Position numbers and translations under genes: made by a program | In this document: positions 9,156-21,400 of the stretch, one piece after another | Numbering within the stretch: position 1 is the stretch's first letter | Layout: the number at the start of each line of letters is the position of its first letter | The notes under the pieces: generated by a model | What the model was told of the DNA's origin: nothing | Database searches by the model: none | Seen by the model: the letters and a program-made list of their open reading frames with translations, nothing else | Source: Chrysochromulina tobinii | Taxonomy: Eukaryota | Assembly (NCBI GenBank): GCA_001275005.1 | Contig: JWZX01003398.1 | Location: 62,001-107,333 of the forward strand | Length of the DNA: 45,333 nt | Reading direction: 5' to 3'

Positions 9156-10385
9156 ATGCTCCTCCTTTTGCGAACCTCGGCCAGCTTCGCGCTGGCCCTT
9201 ACCATCTTGGCACAGCCCCTCGTGGACAAGCTCCCACCTGCGCTCGAGGCGCTGCGCAGCTTCTCGCGGCCATCGACATCGACCTCTGCCTCGTCCGCCT
9301 GGTCGTCAATCACGGAGCCTGCACCGCGGCAGCAGTCTGTGCAGCCGCCGCCGCCTCCGCCAAAGCCGCAGTCTTCGGAAGGATTTGGTTCTCCACAACC
9401 GGCCAGTCAGATGGCGTATGAAATTCGCATGAAGTTTGCCAGAGCGGAGCAGAACAAGGTGCCGTTGCCGCAAAGCTGCCGCGCCGCTCGTGTGACGGAT
9501 GCTGCAGTGGTGACCCTCATCTCGAGTAGCGAGGGCTATCCTGCGGGTGCGCTGGCCATTTCGGCGGCGCTCGAGGTGCTCGAATCGGAGCTGCGCCGCA
9601 TCGTTCTCGTGACACCTGCCGTTAATGCTGGCATCCGCGAGCTGCTGCGCTCGGCCGCGTGGGAGGTGCACGAGGTGCCCGAGATTATGTGCAATCAGGT
9701 GATGGGCGCAGGCGTGACGCCCGATAAGTACGACATTGGCATCAGCTACCAGCAGAAGCGCGCCAAGTGGCTCTCCACATGCACCAAGTTCCATGCCTGG
9801 GCGCTCACCTCGCTGCGCAAGGTGCTCTTCCTCGACGCCGACACGCTTGTGCTCAAACCCGTCGACGCTTTGGTCGACCATCCGTCCGCGTTCGCCGCGG
9901 CGCCGGACACCTTCCCAGCTGACCAATTTAACTCGGGCGTCATGGTGATCACGCCGTCCGCGAGCGTCTTTGAAGCGCTCAAGGCGTGGAACCGCGTCAA
10001 CGGCACGGCGGAGGGTGGCGACCAGTGCCTACTCAACGACTTTTTCGGCGAGTGGTTCTATGCTGCATGGGACGACGCGACCAACGGCCGGCTACCCTGG
10101 ATCTTCAACGTGGGCGCGGCGCACTACCCGCAGTACAAGACTCTCACGAAGATGCAGTCGCGCGATGAGCCCGCCATAGTGCACTTCGTGGGCGGCGAGA
10201 GTAAGCCCTGGGGCTTCATGATGCTCAAGTTTCAGGGTGCAGACGAATCCATCCCCGAAAACGCTCGGCAGCTCCTTGACGCGTGGGACGATATGTACTG
10301 GCTCGCCAAGACAAATCGCGTGTGCGCCGGCACGCTGAGCGCCGACGAGCGCGCGGCGGGAAGGTTGCTCTTGAGCAGCGCCTGA
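9156..10385 (+). CDS. Glycosyltransferase family 8 (glycogenin/PGSIP-like) with N-terminal signal or anchor
   Basis: Hydrophobic N-terminus MLLLLRTSASFALALTILA, then an S/P-rich stem. GT8 motifs: TKFHAW, VLFLDADTLVL (DxD), FAAAPD, FNSGVMVITPS, GGDQCLLN, HFVGGESKPW. Confidence 0.93.
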   Translation: MLLLLRTSASFALALTILAQPLVDKLPPALEALRSFSRPSTSTSASSAWSSITEPAPRQQSVQPPPPPPKPQSSEGFGSPQPASQMAYEIRMKFARAEQNKVPLPQSCRAARVTDAAVVTLISSSEGYPAGALAISAALEVLESELRRIVLVTPAVNAGIRELLRSAAWEVHEVPEIMCNQVMGAGVTPDKYDIGISYQQKRAKWLSTCTKFHAWALTSLRKVLFLDADTLVLKPVDALVDHPSAFAAAPDTFPADQFNSGVMVITPSASVFEALKAWNRVNGTAEGGDQCLLNDFFGEWFYAAWDDATNGRLPWIFNVGAAHYPQYKTLTKMQSRDEPAIVHFVGGESKPWGFMMLKFQGADESIPENARQLLDAWDDMYWLAKTNRVCAGTLSADERAAGRLLLSSA

Positions 10386-10952
10386 GCACGCGGAGCGTGA
10401 GCGTCGGCCGGCCGTGTACGACCGGGGGGGGCCGAGTGTCACGCACACCACCACGTACATTCACAGACATTCCCGTTCTGCATGCACAGCCCATGAGCGC
10501 GCATGTGAGCGCATGCTTGGGGCCGTGTTGTTCGCGACTGTGCCATTGGCTGGGCAGCAACGAATGCCACTGGCTTGGCAGCGCGTGCAACGGCTGTTAC
10601 ACATGCCCCAACGGCGTGAGGCACACTCGATTGCTGCTTTCCGAGTACTTTCCGAGGATGGAATGGCAGCGCGTGAGGCAGCGCGCAGCGCGAGCACTTC
10701 CTTGAGGAGCTGCTGCTGCCGCCGGTCGATACACCGCCAGAGCAACTCGTTCAGTACTGCATGGCGGCACTGCGCGATAACGATAAGCCGTGCCCCGATG
10801 CAGGCAAGCTCTTCTTGAGCGCTTGGGGGAGACATGGTTCGGACCATTCATAACGGCGACCCTAACAGATTTCTCAAGTGGACTCGCACATCTCCCGTGT
10901 TTGACTCTCTCGTCGGCTGTGAGAGCTTCGCCGTGGATCTCGACCCTCCACG

Positions 10953-11509
10953 CCAGGCCGCCCCCCACCCGCACCAGGCTTTATGGTAGATACGCCCACC
11001 GCCCACCGCGCACCGGCCTCACAGGCTCTAGTCCACGACAGCAGGTCAGCGGCACGCAGATGCACATCACCCCTCCAGGCCGCCCCCACCCGCACGCGGA
11101 TCAACGAGCTGAGGCGCGTCGACTTGAAAAAGTTCGATACGCGTCAGCAGGTGAAGGGTGTAGCATGAGGCGAGAGTGTAGAAAAGGGATGCGAGCAGGC
11201 ATGCTCATGCCTGACATCCGCGCATGCTTGGGTCCCGAGCCCTCGCCACATGTGCCGTTGGGCCGCTCCCCGCGGCGGTTGTAAACTAACTTTCTTACTT
11301 ACCCGCACCGACTTCATGGTAGATCCGCCCGCCGTCGGCCTCACAGACTCTACGACAGCGGGTCAGCGGCACTGGGCCACATCACCCCCGGCCGCCCCCC
11401 CTACCCGCCCCAGGCTTTATGGTAGATACGCCCACCATCGGCCTCACAGGCTCTTCGATAGCAGCATGCACATCATCCCAGGCCACGCCCCGCCCGCACC
11501 AGGCTTCAT
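10953..11509. repeat. Degenerate non-coding tandem repeat (~90-120 bp unit, about 3.3 copies); the second copy is interrupted by an insertion
   Basis: Units start ccaggccgccccc-like at 10953, 11075, ~11388 and 11478. A 27-nt exact match, ccaggctttatggtagatacgcccacc, occurs at 10974-11000 and 11410-11436. Blocks cggcctcacag and acgacagc.ggtcagcggcac are shared. Confidence 0.9.
11096..11300 (+). mobile_element. 205-bp insertion with an 8-bp target-site duplication; likely a 5'-truncated non-LTR retroelement 3' end
   Basis: ACCCGCAC occurs at 11088-11095 and 11301-11308; removing the insert and one copy restores an intact repeat unit. The insert contains an ORF-like tail (RINELRRVDLKKFDTRQQVKGVA*), a stem-loop at 11187-11219 and a TTTCTTACTT(AC) end. 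It has no terminal inverted repeats. Confidence 0.6.
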
Positions 11510-11782
11510 TCACAACACACCAACACGATCACAATGAGTCGAGTGTCGACCCCACCCCACCCCCGCCCCACCGGCCGCGGTATCGGCCCTGTGGGCGACA
11601 AGTGTTCTCTCGTGCCTCCGGTACAGGCTCCTGAGGTCTCCTTTCCGTCATCGTGTTTTTCTCGTGCTCGTGCGTTTACGCATCTCGAGATGTGCCGCGC
11701 GGAGAGCTCCTCGGACACTCGGCGGACCCTCTGTGTGGGATCCCAAGTTCGCCACCCAAGTCATCACCGAGGGAGGCGCCCT

Positions 11783-12454
11783 CTATAGTGAGGCCTCCAA
11801 AATAGTCTTGGCGGCCGGTTTCAGTTTTCTAAACGTCTCTTTTACATGCTGGTTGATCTTCAAGATCTTGGGCAGGATAGCCTCCTTATCCTTCATATTG
11901 GTGACGTTCACGTCCGGCTTCTTGAGGACTTGATGCATTTCCTCCGGATTCTTAGTGGAGACCAGATCTACAAGACCTTTGGCTGTCGTCTCGGTCGTTG
12001 CATTGTGGATGCATTTGATCGTGTAGCGACGCTCAGCCTCCGTTGCGGGGCGGAGCCCATCGGCTGTGACCGTCTGCACCGAGCACCATGCCTCAGTTAG
12101 CGTCCAGAACCTGGACGCGTACGACCCGTCGAGGAGAATGAGGACGCGCGCAGTCAGGTAAAAGTCGGTGATGGAGCCGAGCATCAGATCGAACTCGGCC
12201 TTCTCAATCGTTGTCCGATCGCGCCCTTGGGGCATCGACGAGTAATCAAACCAGACCCATTCGATGGCTGGGTTTTCTTGCAGGTACTCCTTGATGGCTT
12301 TGAGTTGGTCGCCACCTAAATCGGGCGTTTCATTGTTTTCCCAGCGATGGCTCACGAAGAGGATGTTTGCCATGATGCCATCGGCGCGAAGAAACGCGGA
12401 TGCGAGGGGCACGCTCCTCTTCGTTAGGTGGCCGTCCTTGCGCAGCGTCTGCAT
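11783..12454 (-). other. HET-like (TIR-related) domain coding segment, out of frame with the giant ORF by one base
   Basis: The motif series ILFVSHRWE..PD..G.QL, WVWFDYSSMPQ, ML.SI..FY, Y.SRFWTLTE follows the order of fungal HET (PF06985) motifs. Confidence 0.8.
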
Positions 12455-15400
12455 GAGACGGCAACGACTTGGTGCTGCACTCGCGCACCCATTTGGCAGG
12501 GACGAAGTAGAAGGAGGGTGCGTCGTCGTTCCAAGGATCATCACCAGTAGCAAGGAGGCTTCTGTGCTTCTCGATTTTCTTGGCCTGCTTCTCCTGCTCC
12601 CATTGGACCTCGTCGAAGCTATTCATAAATTGGTGGTCCTCGGGCAGCAGCTCCTCCTGCAGCTCAATGAGGAGGCGCTTGCGCTTCTGAGCATCGTTGA
12701 GCTCCAGCGAAGACGAGACGATGTGCGCTGTGTCACACGAGAAGACGCTCCGCTGCGCGAACGTGCCCGAGCGGAGGTTGGAGGCGGTCGGCTCGAGCAG
12801 CGCTTTGATGCGAAAGCACGTGCTCCCCGGATAGACGAGCTCCTCCTCGAAGGGGTAGTACGAGAATTCGCGGATGGGGTACGCCTTGCGCGTGTGGATC
12901 TTGAAGATCACCGCTGCCTCCATCGTGTCGAGATTCTTGGTGGCGTACGCGAGCGCGATCGCCGGGTCGGTGGTCATCGACGAGAAGGCGGGCCAGAGCA
13001 CACGCTTGCCCTCGTGATACGTCACGTCAATCTCATCCTGCGCCATGGCATCTTTGCAGCCCCGAAGGTGTGTGTTGCCATCCAGAAACTTTCGGACGGT
13101 GCCATCGCCCGATGAATCCCGCGGCAGATGAATCCCGCGGAAGACGATGGTGCTGCGGGCATTGAGTGCCGCGAGCGCGCGGTCGAGGTGGAAAATGAAA
13201 GGCATCCAGACCTTAATCTTCTTCGCGTCGCCTCCGCGCATGGCGGCGTTGGTGTCTTCATAAATGGACGACTGCATCGTGTACAGATGGAGCGCAAAGA
13301 TGTGCTTCGGCGCGACGGTGCACCCGGTCGCCACCTTGTCCTGCACGAATAGTTTTGCGAACGCGAGCAGCCGGCTCATCTTGCCGTCGAACTCGTCCGC
13401 CCTCAGCTCTCCCTTGTGCGAGAAGGCGTCTTCATTCTTGTCGCCGAGCTTCTTCAAAAATTCCTCGAGCGGCTCGGCATGTTCCGCATAGTCGTCCGGA
13501 TAGTGCTTTGGCACCACCATGTGCGAGCGTAGCCCACCGCCGTGCGTGAGGCGCGCATGCAGGGCCTCGGAGCAGCCTTCCTCGTCGAGGGCCCCGCCGC
13601 CGCCGTCCGAAACGCTTCGGCGGAGATGGCGAGGATCGAATGTAAGGAGCTCCCGATCTTCGGCGTCCGCAGCACGGTACGCACACTTGAGACGCTCGAG
13701 TGCCATCTTGTCCTTATGGCGCAGCGTCGCGCCTCGCCGCGCAAAGAGGTCGACGAGCTGCATCGCACGCACATGCCGCTGGTCCCCCTCGCTCATCTCG
13801 CAGATCTTCACAGGCTCAAGATTACTCGCCGCGTCGCCGCCCACGCTCCCCGAGGACCGTTGGAAGTAGGCATACTCACCGGCCTCGTCCACGTGGGAGA
13901 AGAGCGAGCCGCAGCCAAAACGCTCCGCAGCGCTGCCATTGCCGCCGTCCCCACCTGTGCTGGTGGCGGCAGAGACGGCACCTCGGGGCATTGCGAGACG
14001 CGCAGCCTCAGGGCCGGTGAGCCACGCGACCCAGCTGGACCACATGAGTGCCGTGAGCCCCGAGGCAGACGTGGCGTACAGCACGCGCGCCGCCTCCGCC
14101 TGCCTTCGCTGCTCCTCGACCGGATCGGAGTCCTTGCCAGCCACGAGCGTCCTCTCCTGCAGCAATGCCTCGGCGGCGACAGGCTCGGAGGCGAGCGCGA
14201 CCACCATCATGCAGGTCCATCCGATGTCATTTTGGCACGCAGGGTCGCCGCCTTTACGCACAGCTTCCACCAGCTCCTGGCGCATCTCCTCCATCTTCTC
14301 CTTTGACCGGTCAAAGGAGCCCGAGAGCAGCGTTTTATCGAGAACGCTCCAGCACTCGTAGCGTCGGGCGTCGAGCTGCTTGAGGATGCGCGCATCGGCA
14401 ACGTCGTGCATCGTGCGGTTCCACTGGTCCTTGATGATGAGCGACTCGTCGAGGACGATGCGACCATTGATCGGGTCGAGGTTGCCCACGAGCATGCCGA
14501 GCATCCTCCGGCGCGCGCCGCCGAGCTTGGCGCACAAGTGCGCGAGGCTCGAGCCGGGCGCGAGATCATACCGCGTACAGGTCGACGGAGCGAGGATCCG
14601 ACCACGCTGCGCATGGTACTTGATGAGCACCTCGGCCACATCCGTACTGCCGAGGATGACCGCCCACTCGAGGGGCGTCACATGGAAGTGACCCGCCCAG
14701 CGCGCGTCGATGGGCACTTTGAGCTCCTTGAGCAGCAAGTTGACCACCTCTATCTGTGACTCCTCAATGGCACAGAAGAGGGCACGGCCGATGGGCGAGC
14801 CCATCGCGTGCAGCCGACGGACGGCGGCCACGTAGCCCATCGTCGCGGCCAGCTCGATGGGAAGCATGCCGTGCGAGCGTGCGCTCGTGCTCGCCGCCGC
14901 AATGTTCGCGCCTGACCAGTAGAGCTGGTTGAGTAGCGGCAGGTAGTCGTCGCCATAGGACGCGCACAGGTGGCACATGGTCAGGCCTTGCGGCTGCGTG
15001 TCGAGAGACAGACCTCGGCGGATGAGCTGTGCGAGCACCTCAGCTGTCAAAACCAGCTGGTCGTTGCGCTGGGGACCGTGTGGGAAGCGAAGCGGCTTGA
15101 CCATCGCGTCGGTGACCGCCGGCCACACACGCTTCTCCTCTGCTGAGCCACGGGCGATCTCTTCGGCATGCACCGCTCGCTCCCAAATCATGATCTTTTC
15201 GTCTTTCAGGAGCGTCCGCCAGCGCGGTGGTACGGAGACGCGCAAATCGAGATTCTGGGGGCGAGGGCTGGACTCTTGAATCTGGGGCTGCCCGATCCTC
15301 ACGCCGACTTGACGCATGAAATATAAGCTGAGCGTCTCCAACGGGTTGTCAGGCCAGCTGCCCACGAGTGCATAACGGCAATGCGTGAAGATCCTCTCGA

Positions 15401-18400
15401 GCAGCCTGGTGCTGTCTTCCTCCTGTAATTTGACCACCTCGGAGTCCCAATCGCGCCCCAGTTGGTCCTGTGCTGCCGCGACGGGTGCCAGCTGCCTCAT
15501 GGCCCCATCGGTGAGGCTGGCCAGCTCACCATCAGAGCCTGTGTCGCTGAAGGGCTCGGGGTCTGCAAAGAGAGTTGCCACCCACCGTTCCCAGTTGCCC
15601 GAATGGGCACGCTCAAGCGCCCCCTTCAGATTGCATTCTGACCATGCCTTCCACTTTGCGTCATCGTCGGCGGAAGGCGCGGCCGTGAGCTCGGCCTCTT
15701 CTTCGTTGGTGCGTGCGCGCTTGAAGCGGCTGAGCAGCAGGTGGAGCCGCCGAAAGAGCCCGTGCTTGCGCGCATATGCTAACCACTGCGCCTCGAGGAG
15801 ATCCTCGGCGCCCTTCTCGTTGGTTGGCTTGCTCCCCTCCTTCGCGATGTAGCGCATGAAGGCGTTGACCTTGCGCTCGCCCTCGTAGCACATCGGCCTC
15901 TGCTTCTTGCCGCGCACAAAGAACTTGAAGCACGGGATGGAGCCCTCCCAGTAGTACTTGCGGTCCGCCTGATTGAGCTCCGTGTCAAAGAGGCCGACGC
16001 GCACGTCGTCACATTCGGCAAGCAGCTTCGCGAGATCGAGCACGTGTGGCTTCGCTTTCTTCGATGCCGGGCACCAGTCCGCCGAAAAGACGACCAAGCA
16101 GTCGGCGTCGGCGTCGATCACCTCCTTGTCGAAGTTAGCCGCTGTGAACGTCCACAGACCCGGGTTGGTCGTGTTATCACGGCCACTCGGATTGACGATA
16201 AGCTGGCTATCCGGCCGCGGCTGGCTGCAAAAGGCGCAAAATTTTGCATCCGGACCGTTCCGGAAGCCTTTTTGCGGCCCCGTCTCCACGCACGGCACCT
16301 CATACTTGTCATCGCAATGGTGGCAGCGCCACACGCCGAGCGCCGTATGCTCGACCCAAATGCGGCAGCTTGAGGCGGGCGAGGGCGAGAGGATGAGCGT
16401 CCGGATCTTCTTGAGGAGCGGCTTATCTTCATGGCCCCGCGCTCCGTGGTAGTCGCCAAAGAGGCGCAGCCCCGCCGTGGTGTCGAGCGAGAAAGGCCCG
16501 TCCGGCGCGAGGGCACTCGTGAGGGAAATTGCCGTTTCGCCCGAGGCGTCCGCGACCGCCGCGGCCGTAAGCTCGAGCATCATCTCGCCGTTGAGATAGA
16601 CGCGCACGTGGGGGCTTAGCATGGGCGATTCTGTACGCAGCTGAACAGAGAGCGTCACGATCTGCCAAGCATCTGCGGCCATGCCCTCAGTCTTGAGCTG
16701 CGTGCCCTTGAGCGTCGCGGCGCGACACGTGCGCATGTGATCGTGCGGCCAGTACACCGGCGCACCAGCTGGTGCGGAGTTGGCGCCGTCAATGTGCACC
16801 ACGGGGTCCACAGCGTTAGGGCTGACAGAGAGGCCAAGCTGACCATCGTGGTACAGCACCAGCGACCCGACTGGCTGCTCTTGGTCACCTACGGCGCGGC
16901 GCAGCGTGACGAGTTCATAAGGCTGACGAGCCCTTGGTGGCTTGAAAGGAAACTGCACCGCGAGGGTCAGGGCATACGCGTTGACGAACTTACATTTCGT
17001 CCACGCGTCGCTGAACGCTTGAGGGAGCTGCTGCTCGGTGTGTAATTCTTCGGTGTCCACCTTGAGATACGTTGGCTCAGGCAGCTTGAACAAGTATCCA
17101 TTCTCAAACGCGTCACTCTGGCGTGCGCCCCCCGTTTTTTGAGGCACGGGCGCGTGCTCACTCGGAGCGTACGTGATGAGCCGTGGGAGTCGGCGCCGCG
17201 TAAAGTCCCACCGCCACCGCACGTCCTCCTTGATGAAGATCGGGTTCAGATCGGCGCCAGTTTCGCAATTTGCCTCCATCTCCTCGACCATCCGCTTGTA
17301 GTTGAGTGGCAGCTGAGCCTGTTCCGCCTCGACATGCCGTCGGTGGCTCGTCATCGCCTGACGAACTTCCTCTAGCAGCTGCGCACGCTCCTCGTCGCTA
17401 GGCTCGCGCGGTGTGGCATGGTGCGCGAAGAGCGCGTTGCACGGATCGTCAGCGTCGTAGGCCTCGCTTGCCTGGCGGACGCCGTTGAGGTACTGCCGAA
17501 ACTCTTTTATGCTGATCGTCAGACTCCCGTCCTTGTCCGCCGAGGTGATGAAGCGCAGCACGTCGACTGGCTTGCACGGCAGCCCTAATCTTATCAGCAT
17601 GTCGAGCACTTCCTCTTCGTCGAGCTCGCCGTCCGGGCTGTTGTCGAAATACGAAAAGGCATCTTCGATATTATTCCACTGCGACATGATCGAGAGGCGC
17701 ATCGCGCGCGCCTCGATGCGCTGCGTGAGCAGGTCGAACTCGGTAGGCAAGCCGCGAAGCACGGCCACGACCGGCCGCTCGGCCCATTGCGTCGCATACC
17801 GACGGCGGCACCCACACAGCCGTGTGAAAAAGTGCTGCCGCTCTCCGAGCGTGTTGAGCTGTAGCGCCTTGACGAGGCTCGAGAGCTCCGACGGCTCAAA
17901 ATACATCTCCCCGTCGAGGAACCTTGCGAGCTGTATCACGAGCTCACGCTGGAAGGCAGGACCGGCCTCAAATTCGAGCGATGACTCGAGTATCGTGCCG
18001 CCCATGGGCATGGAACGCAGCGCGATGGCCGTCGCCGCGCCATCGATGAGGTTCTGCTCCTCGCGCGCGTGCATCACGCGACGCACCGTCTCGGCCTCCG
18101 CCAGCGAGAGGAGCACGAAGCGACGTCCGTTGTCGTAGCAGCGGAACTCCTTCGAGAGCAGCAGCTTCTTCGCTCCTTCGAAGTCGAGCGTCAAGTTGGG
18201 CGTCGAATCGTCCGCAAGGCTCGTCACCGCTCGCACGGCGGTGCGCACCTCCTGGTCGTCAAACGGCCGGTCGAATGTCTCGCGCAGCAACAGCTGGATC
18301 GCACGCATGGGTAGCCGCCCCGAACGCGGGAACTTCAGCAGGTCGAAGACCTTATTCATCGCGTCTTCGAGACTGGCGGACAGCTTCGTCGTCGTCGCCT

Positions 18401-21400
18401 TGCCCGCTTCGTCGTCGGCTGCCGGGAGCTGGTCAGCATCGAGATCGCGCCCGTGGGGCATCGGCTGACGCCGATTGGGCATCCACTCGAGCATGATCGT
18501 CACGTTGCGCAGCCGCCGCTCGCCGCTCCACCGAGGGTCGAAGTAGTTGGTCGTGAGGAGCAGGTCCTCGTGTCTCACCTTCCCGTCGTCGCCGAGCCGG
18601 TCCGCGAGGAGCAGAGGCTTGCGACCGAAGAGCCGAAACTTGGAGGCGGGGTAGAAGAAGCGATAGGACTCGGGCGCATCGCCCGAGTCTTGTGAGAGCG
18701 CGCCCAGCTCACGCAGCTGCTCAAAGGGCCACGCGCGCCCTTCCTCGCCGTCGCGTGCGTACTTGACATCTACAAACTTCTCCATCTCGGTCTGCTGCTC
18801 GAGCTCCTTTTGTTGCTCCTTCTGCTGCTCGCACTCCATGCACTGCTCGAGCGCTCCTTGCTGCACGGCTGAGTCGCCCGAGGCGAGCCCACGCATGTTG
18901 CGGTATAGCTTGCCGATGATGCTCTCCGATGAAAGCTCGCCGATGATAGCTTGCCGAAGACGTGGCTCGTCCGCATTGCGCTCGCTCTCGGTGAGCTCTT
19001 TGAGCTGCTCGACGAGCTCCTCCTCATGCTGCCAGTACTTGGGGTCAGCCTTTTTCACCCACGTGGAATGCGGCTTGATGCGCTCCGAGAAGACCTTGGC
19101 CACCGGCTTTGGCTCGAGCCACTCGCGTGGGACGACCAAGTCGACGCGCTCACGAAAGGCCATGAGACCATTGTAGAAGTCCTTCGATGGCGGCGGTACG
19201 TCCTCGATTGTGTTCTGCTGGTGAGCATGGAGGAGCTCGACAAACGCCGGGCAGCGCCACACATCCGAGAGGTTCTGGAGCTGGAGCATCTGGAATTGAA
19301 TCTTCTCGGAGCGGAGCTGCTGCAGCTGCAGCCATGCGGCCGTCGCGACCGGCGCATTGGAGTGAAGCTCGCTCGTTTCCAGCAAGGACTTCGACGGCTT
19401 GCGGAGTAAGCCTTTCAAGCTTGGGAGCCTTTCAAACTTGGGGTGCAGCGAGCCGTTGATGAAGCTCTCATACGTCTCTCGGCAGCTGCCAGCATACTCG
19501 CCGTCGATGTACAGGGCAGGGAAGGTCGCACTGCCATTCTGCAGTCGCGTAAACTCGAGAAAGACCGGGTGGTCACATGGGGCCGAGTGGATGAGATGCG
19601 GCCCAACGTGACGCTTGAGCCGTTGGGAGCCTACAAGGACGTAATGCGTCGCGCCCGGCACGAGATGCTCGAGCAGATGGATGAGTGAGTCGCAGTGCGA
19701 GCTTGGCTCCGTATGGAAGACGACGAGAGTCTTTCCATCGGTGTGCTTTTTGATCGCGTGTATCTCGTCGGTCGACGCCTCCGTCGATTTGGACTGATGC
19801 TGAGGCTCCTGCGAGTCCGCCTCTTTGACTCTGGCCTCTTCATCTCTGGCCTCTTCATCTCTGGCCTCGAAGGCAACTTCCTTAGCGCGCTGGATCTTGA
19901 GCATGTCGCGACAGACGAGCTGCCACACCTCAGGCGTGAGGAGGAGGGAGCACGTCTGCCCCTTGGCGATGCCACGCATGCGGTACGCCCCCTGAGCATA
20001 GTCACGCCACGTCGAGTCCTTCCCGAGCGTAAGGATGGCCTTGGCGGTCAGCGCGTGGCCTATGTCCATGCCGGTCGTGTGCATTTGGTCATAGAAGCAG
20101 AAACGCTCGCTCGGCTTGAGGGACGACTCCTCAAGGCGCAGGACAGTCCCCACGCCACGCAGATAGATCATCTTCTGATCGGACTTGTCCAGGAAGACGA
20201 CGCCCTTGGTCTTCTCTACGCCGCCGAGGTAGTGTGGCTGTGAGACGAGCGCGGCGGCCACCTCAAGATTTGTCTTGCCCGTGATCAGAGCTCCTACATC
20301 GATTAGCGCATTGTAGGACACGCCCTTGTGGTGCTTCTCCTCATCCGCGATCCAATCGAGGACTGAGTCCGCTGTCCAATCTTTTGGCAGCAGCGAGGCA
20401 CCCATGATGTTCGCCGAGGTGAGCGTCGACACGATCTCTCCCTCCGAGCCTGGCTCGAACTCGCACTTGCCGCCATTGAACTCGCGCGGCAGCAAGTCGC
20501 TCGGCGTGCCTGAGAAGCCAATGCGCCGAGAGAAGAGCATCGCACCGCCCATGTCGACCCCACTCGAGGACAGCTTCACGTCCTGGAACTTCATGAAGAA
20601 GGGGAAGCATATCTCGGAGAGGTACCAGTGAATAAACTCGGGCAGCAGGCGGAAGGCGCTGAAGAGTGGCTCCGTCTGCAGCCGATCGGAGCGATCGAGA
20701 AACTGCAGCGGCATTACGACGAGCTTCCGCGGCTCGGCCGGAGCCAGCTTCTTGCTATCGTGGTCTGGAGGCGGCGCTGCCACCACTGGCGTGGGGGGCT
20801 CGGCGTCTGCACCGGCGGCTGTCGAGTCCCTGGCGGCCTTGTTCGCGTCTGTCGAGTCCCTGGCGGCCTTGTTCGTGTCGGGCTTGGCCACCTCGCCGCC
20901 GCACAATTGGACCCACTCCGCGTAGAGCTCGGCCGACGGCCGCTCGTCATAACGGCCAGTCTCAGACTCAAAGTCCTGCATGAGCTTCTCGATCGCCTCG
21001 CCGAAGTCCTCCTCACGCAGTCCCTCGATGCGGTACGCGAGCGTTGTGAGGCCGATGACCACGTCCGGCTGCGCAAACTCGGACGCCGGCGCGGGCACGT
21101 CCTTGGAGATGAAGGGGATGGCGAGCTTGGCACGTGAGCGCGGCATCAGCGGATCGTTACGCCTCGCATGCGCGAGGTCCTCCTCGTTCATCACGCCAAA
21201 CGTGACACGGTCGATCTTCTTGAGTGCGTGCGGAAGGAATTGCGTGACCCAGTCGGCCGAGAGGTTGAGCATGGCCCGTGCATGCTCGCGAAGATCCTTG
21301 AAGCGCTGGCGCAGCTCTGGGTTTGCAAGCGCGGCGGGTGCGCGCGTGACAAACCCGACGACGTCATCATCGCTGAAACCTTTCTTATCGACTTCACTCC

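Noticed and set aside
11096..11300. hAT/MITE DNA transposon, suggested by the 8-bp TSD
   Set aside because: No terminal inverted repeats; the asymmetric structure fits a retroposed 3' end better.
10953..11509. CRISPR-like array
   Set aside because: The sequence between conserved cores is itself repeated rather than unique, there are no cas genes, and the context is eukaryotic.
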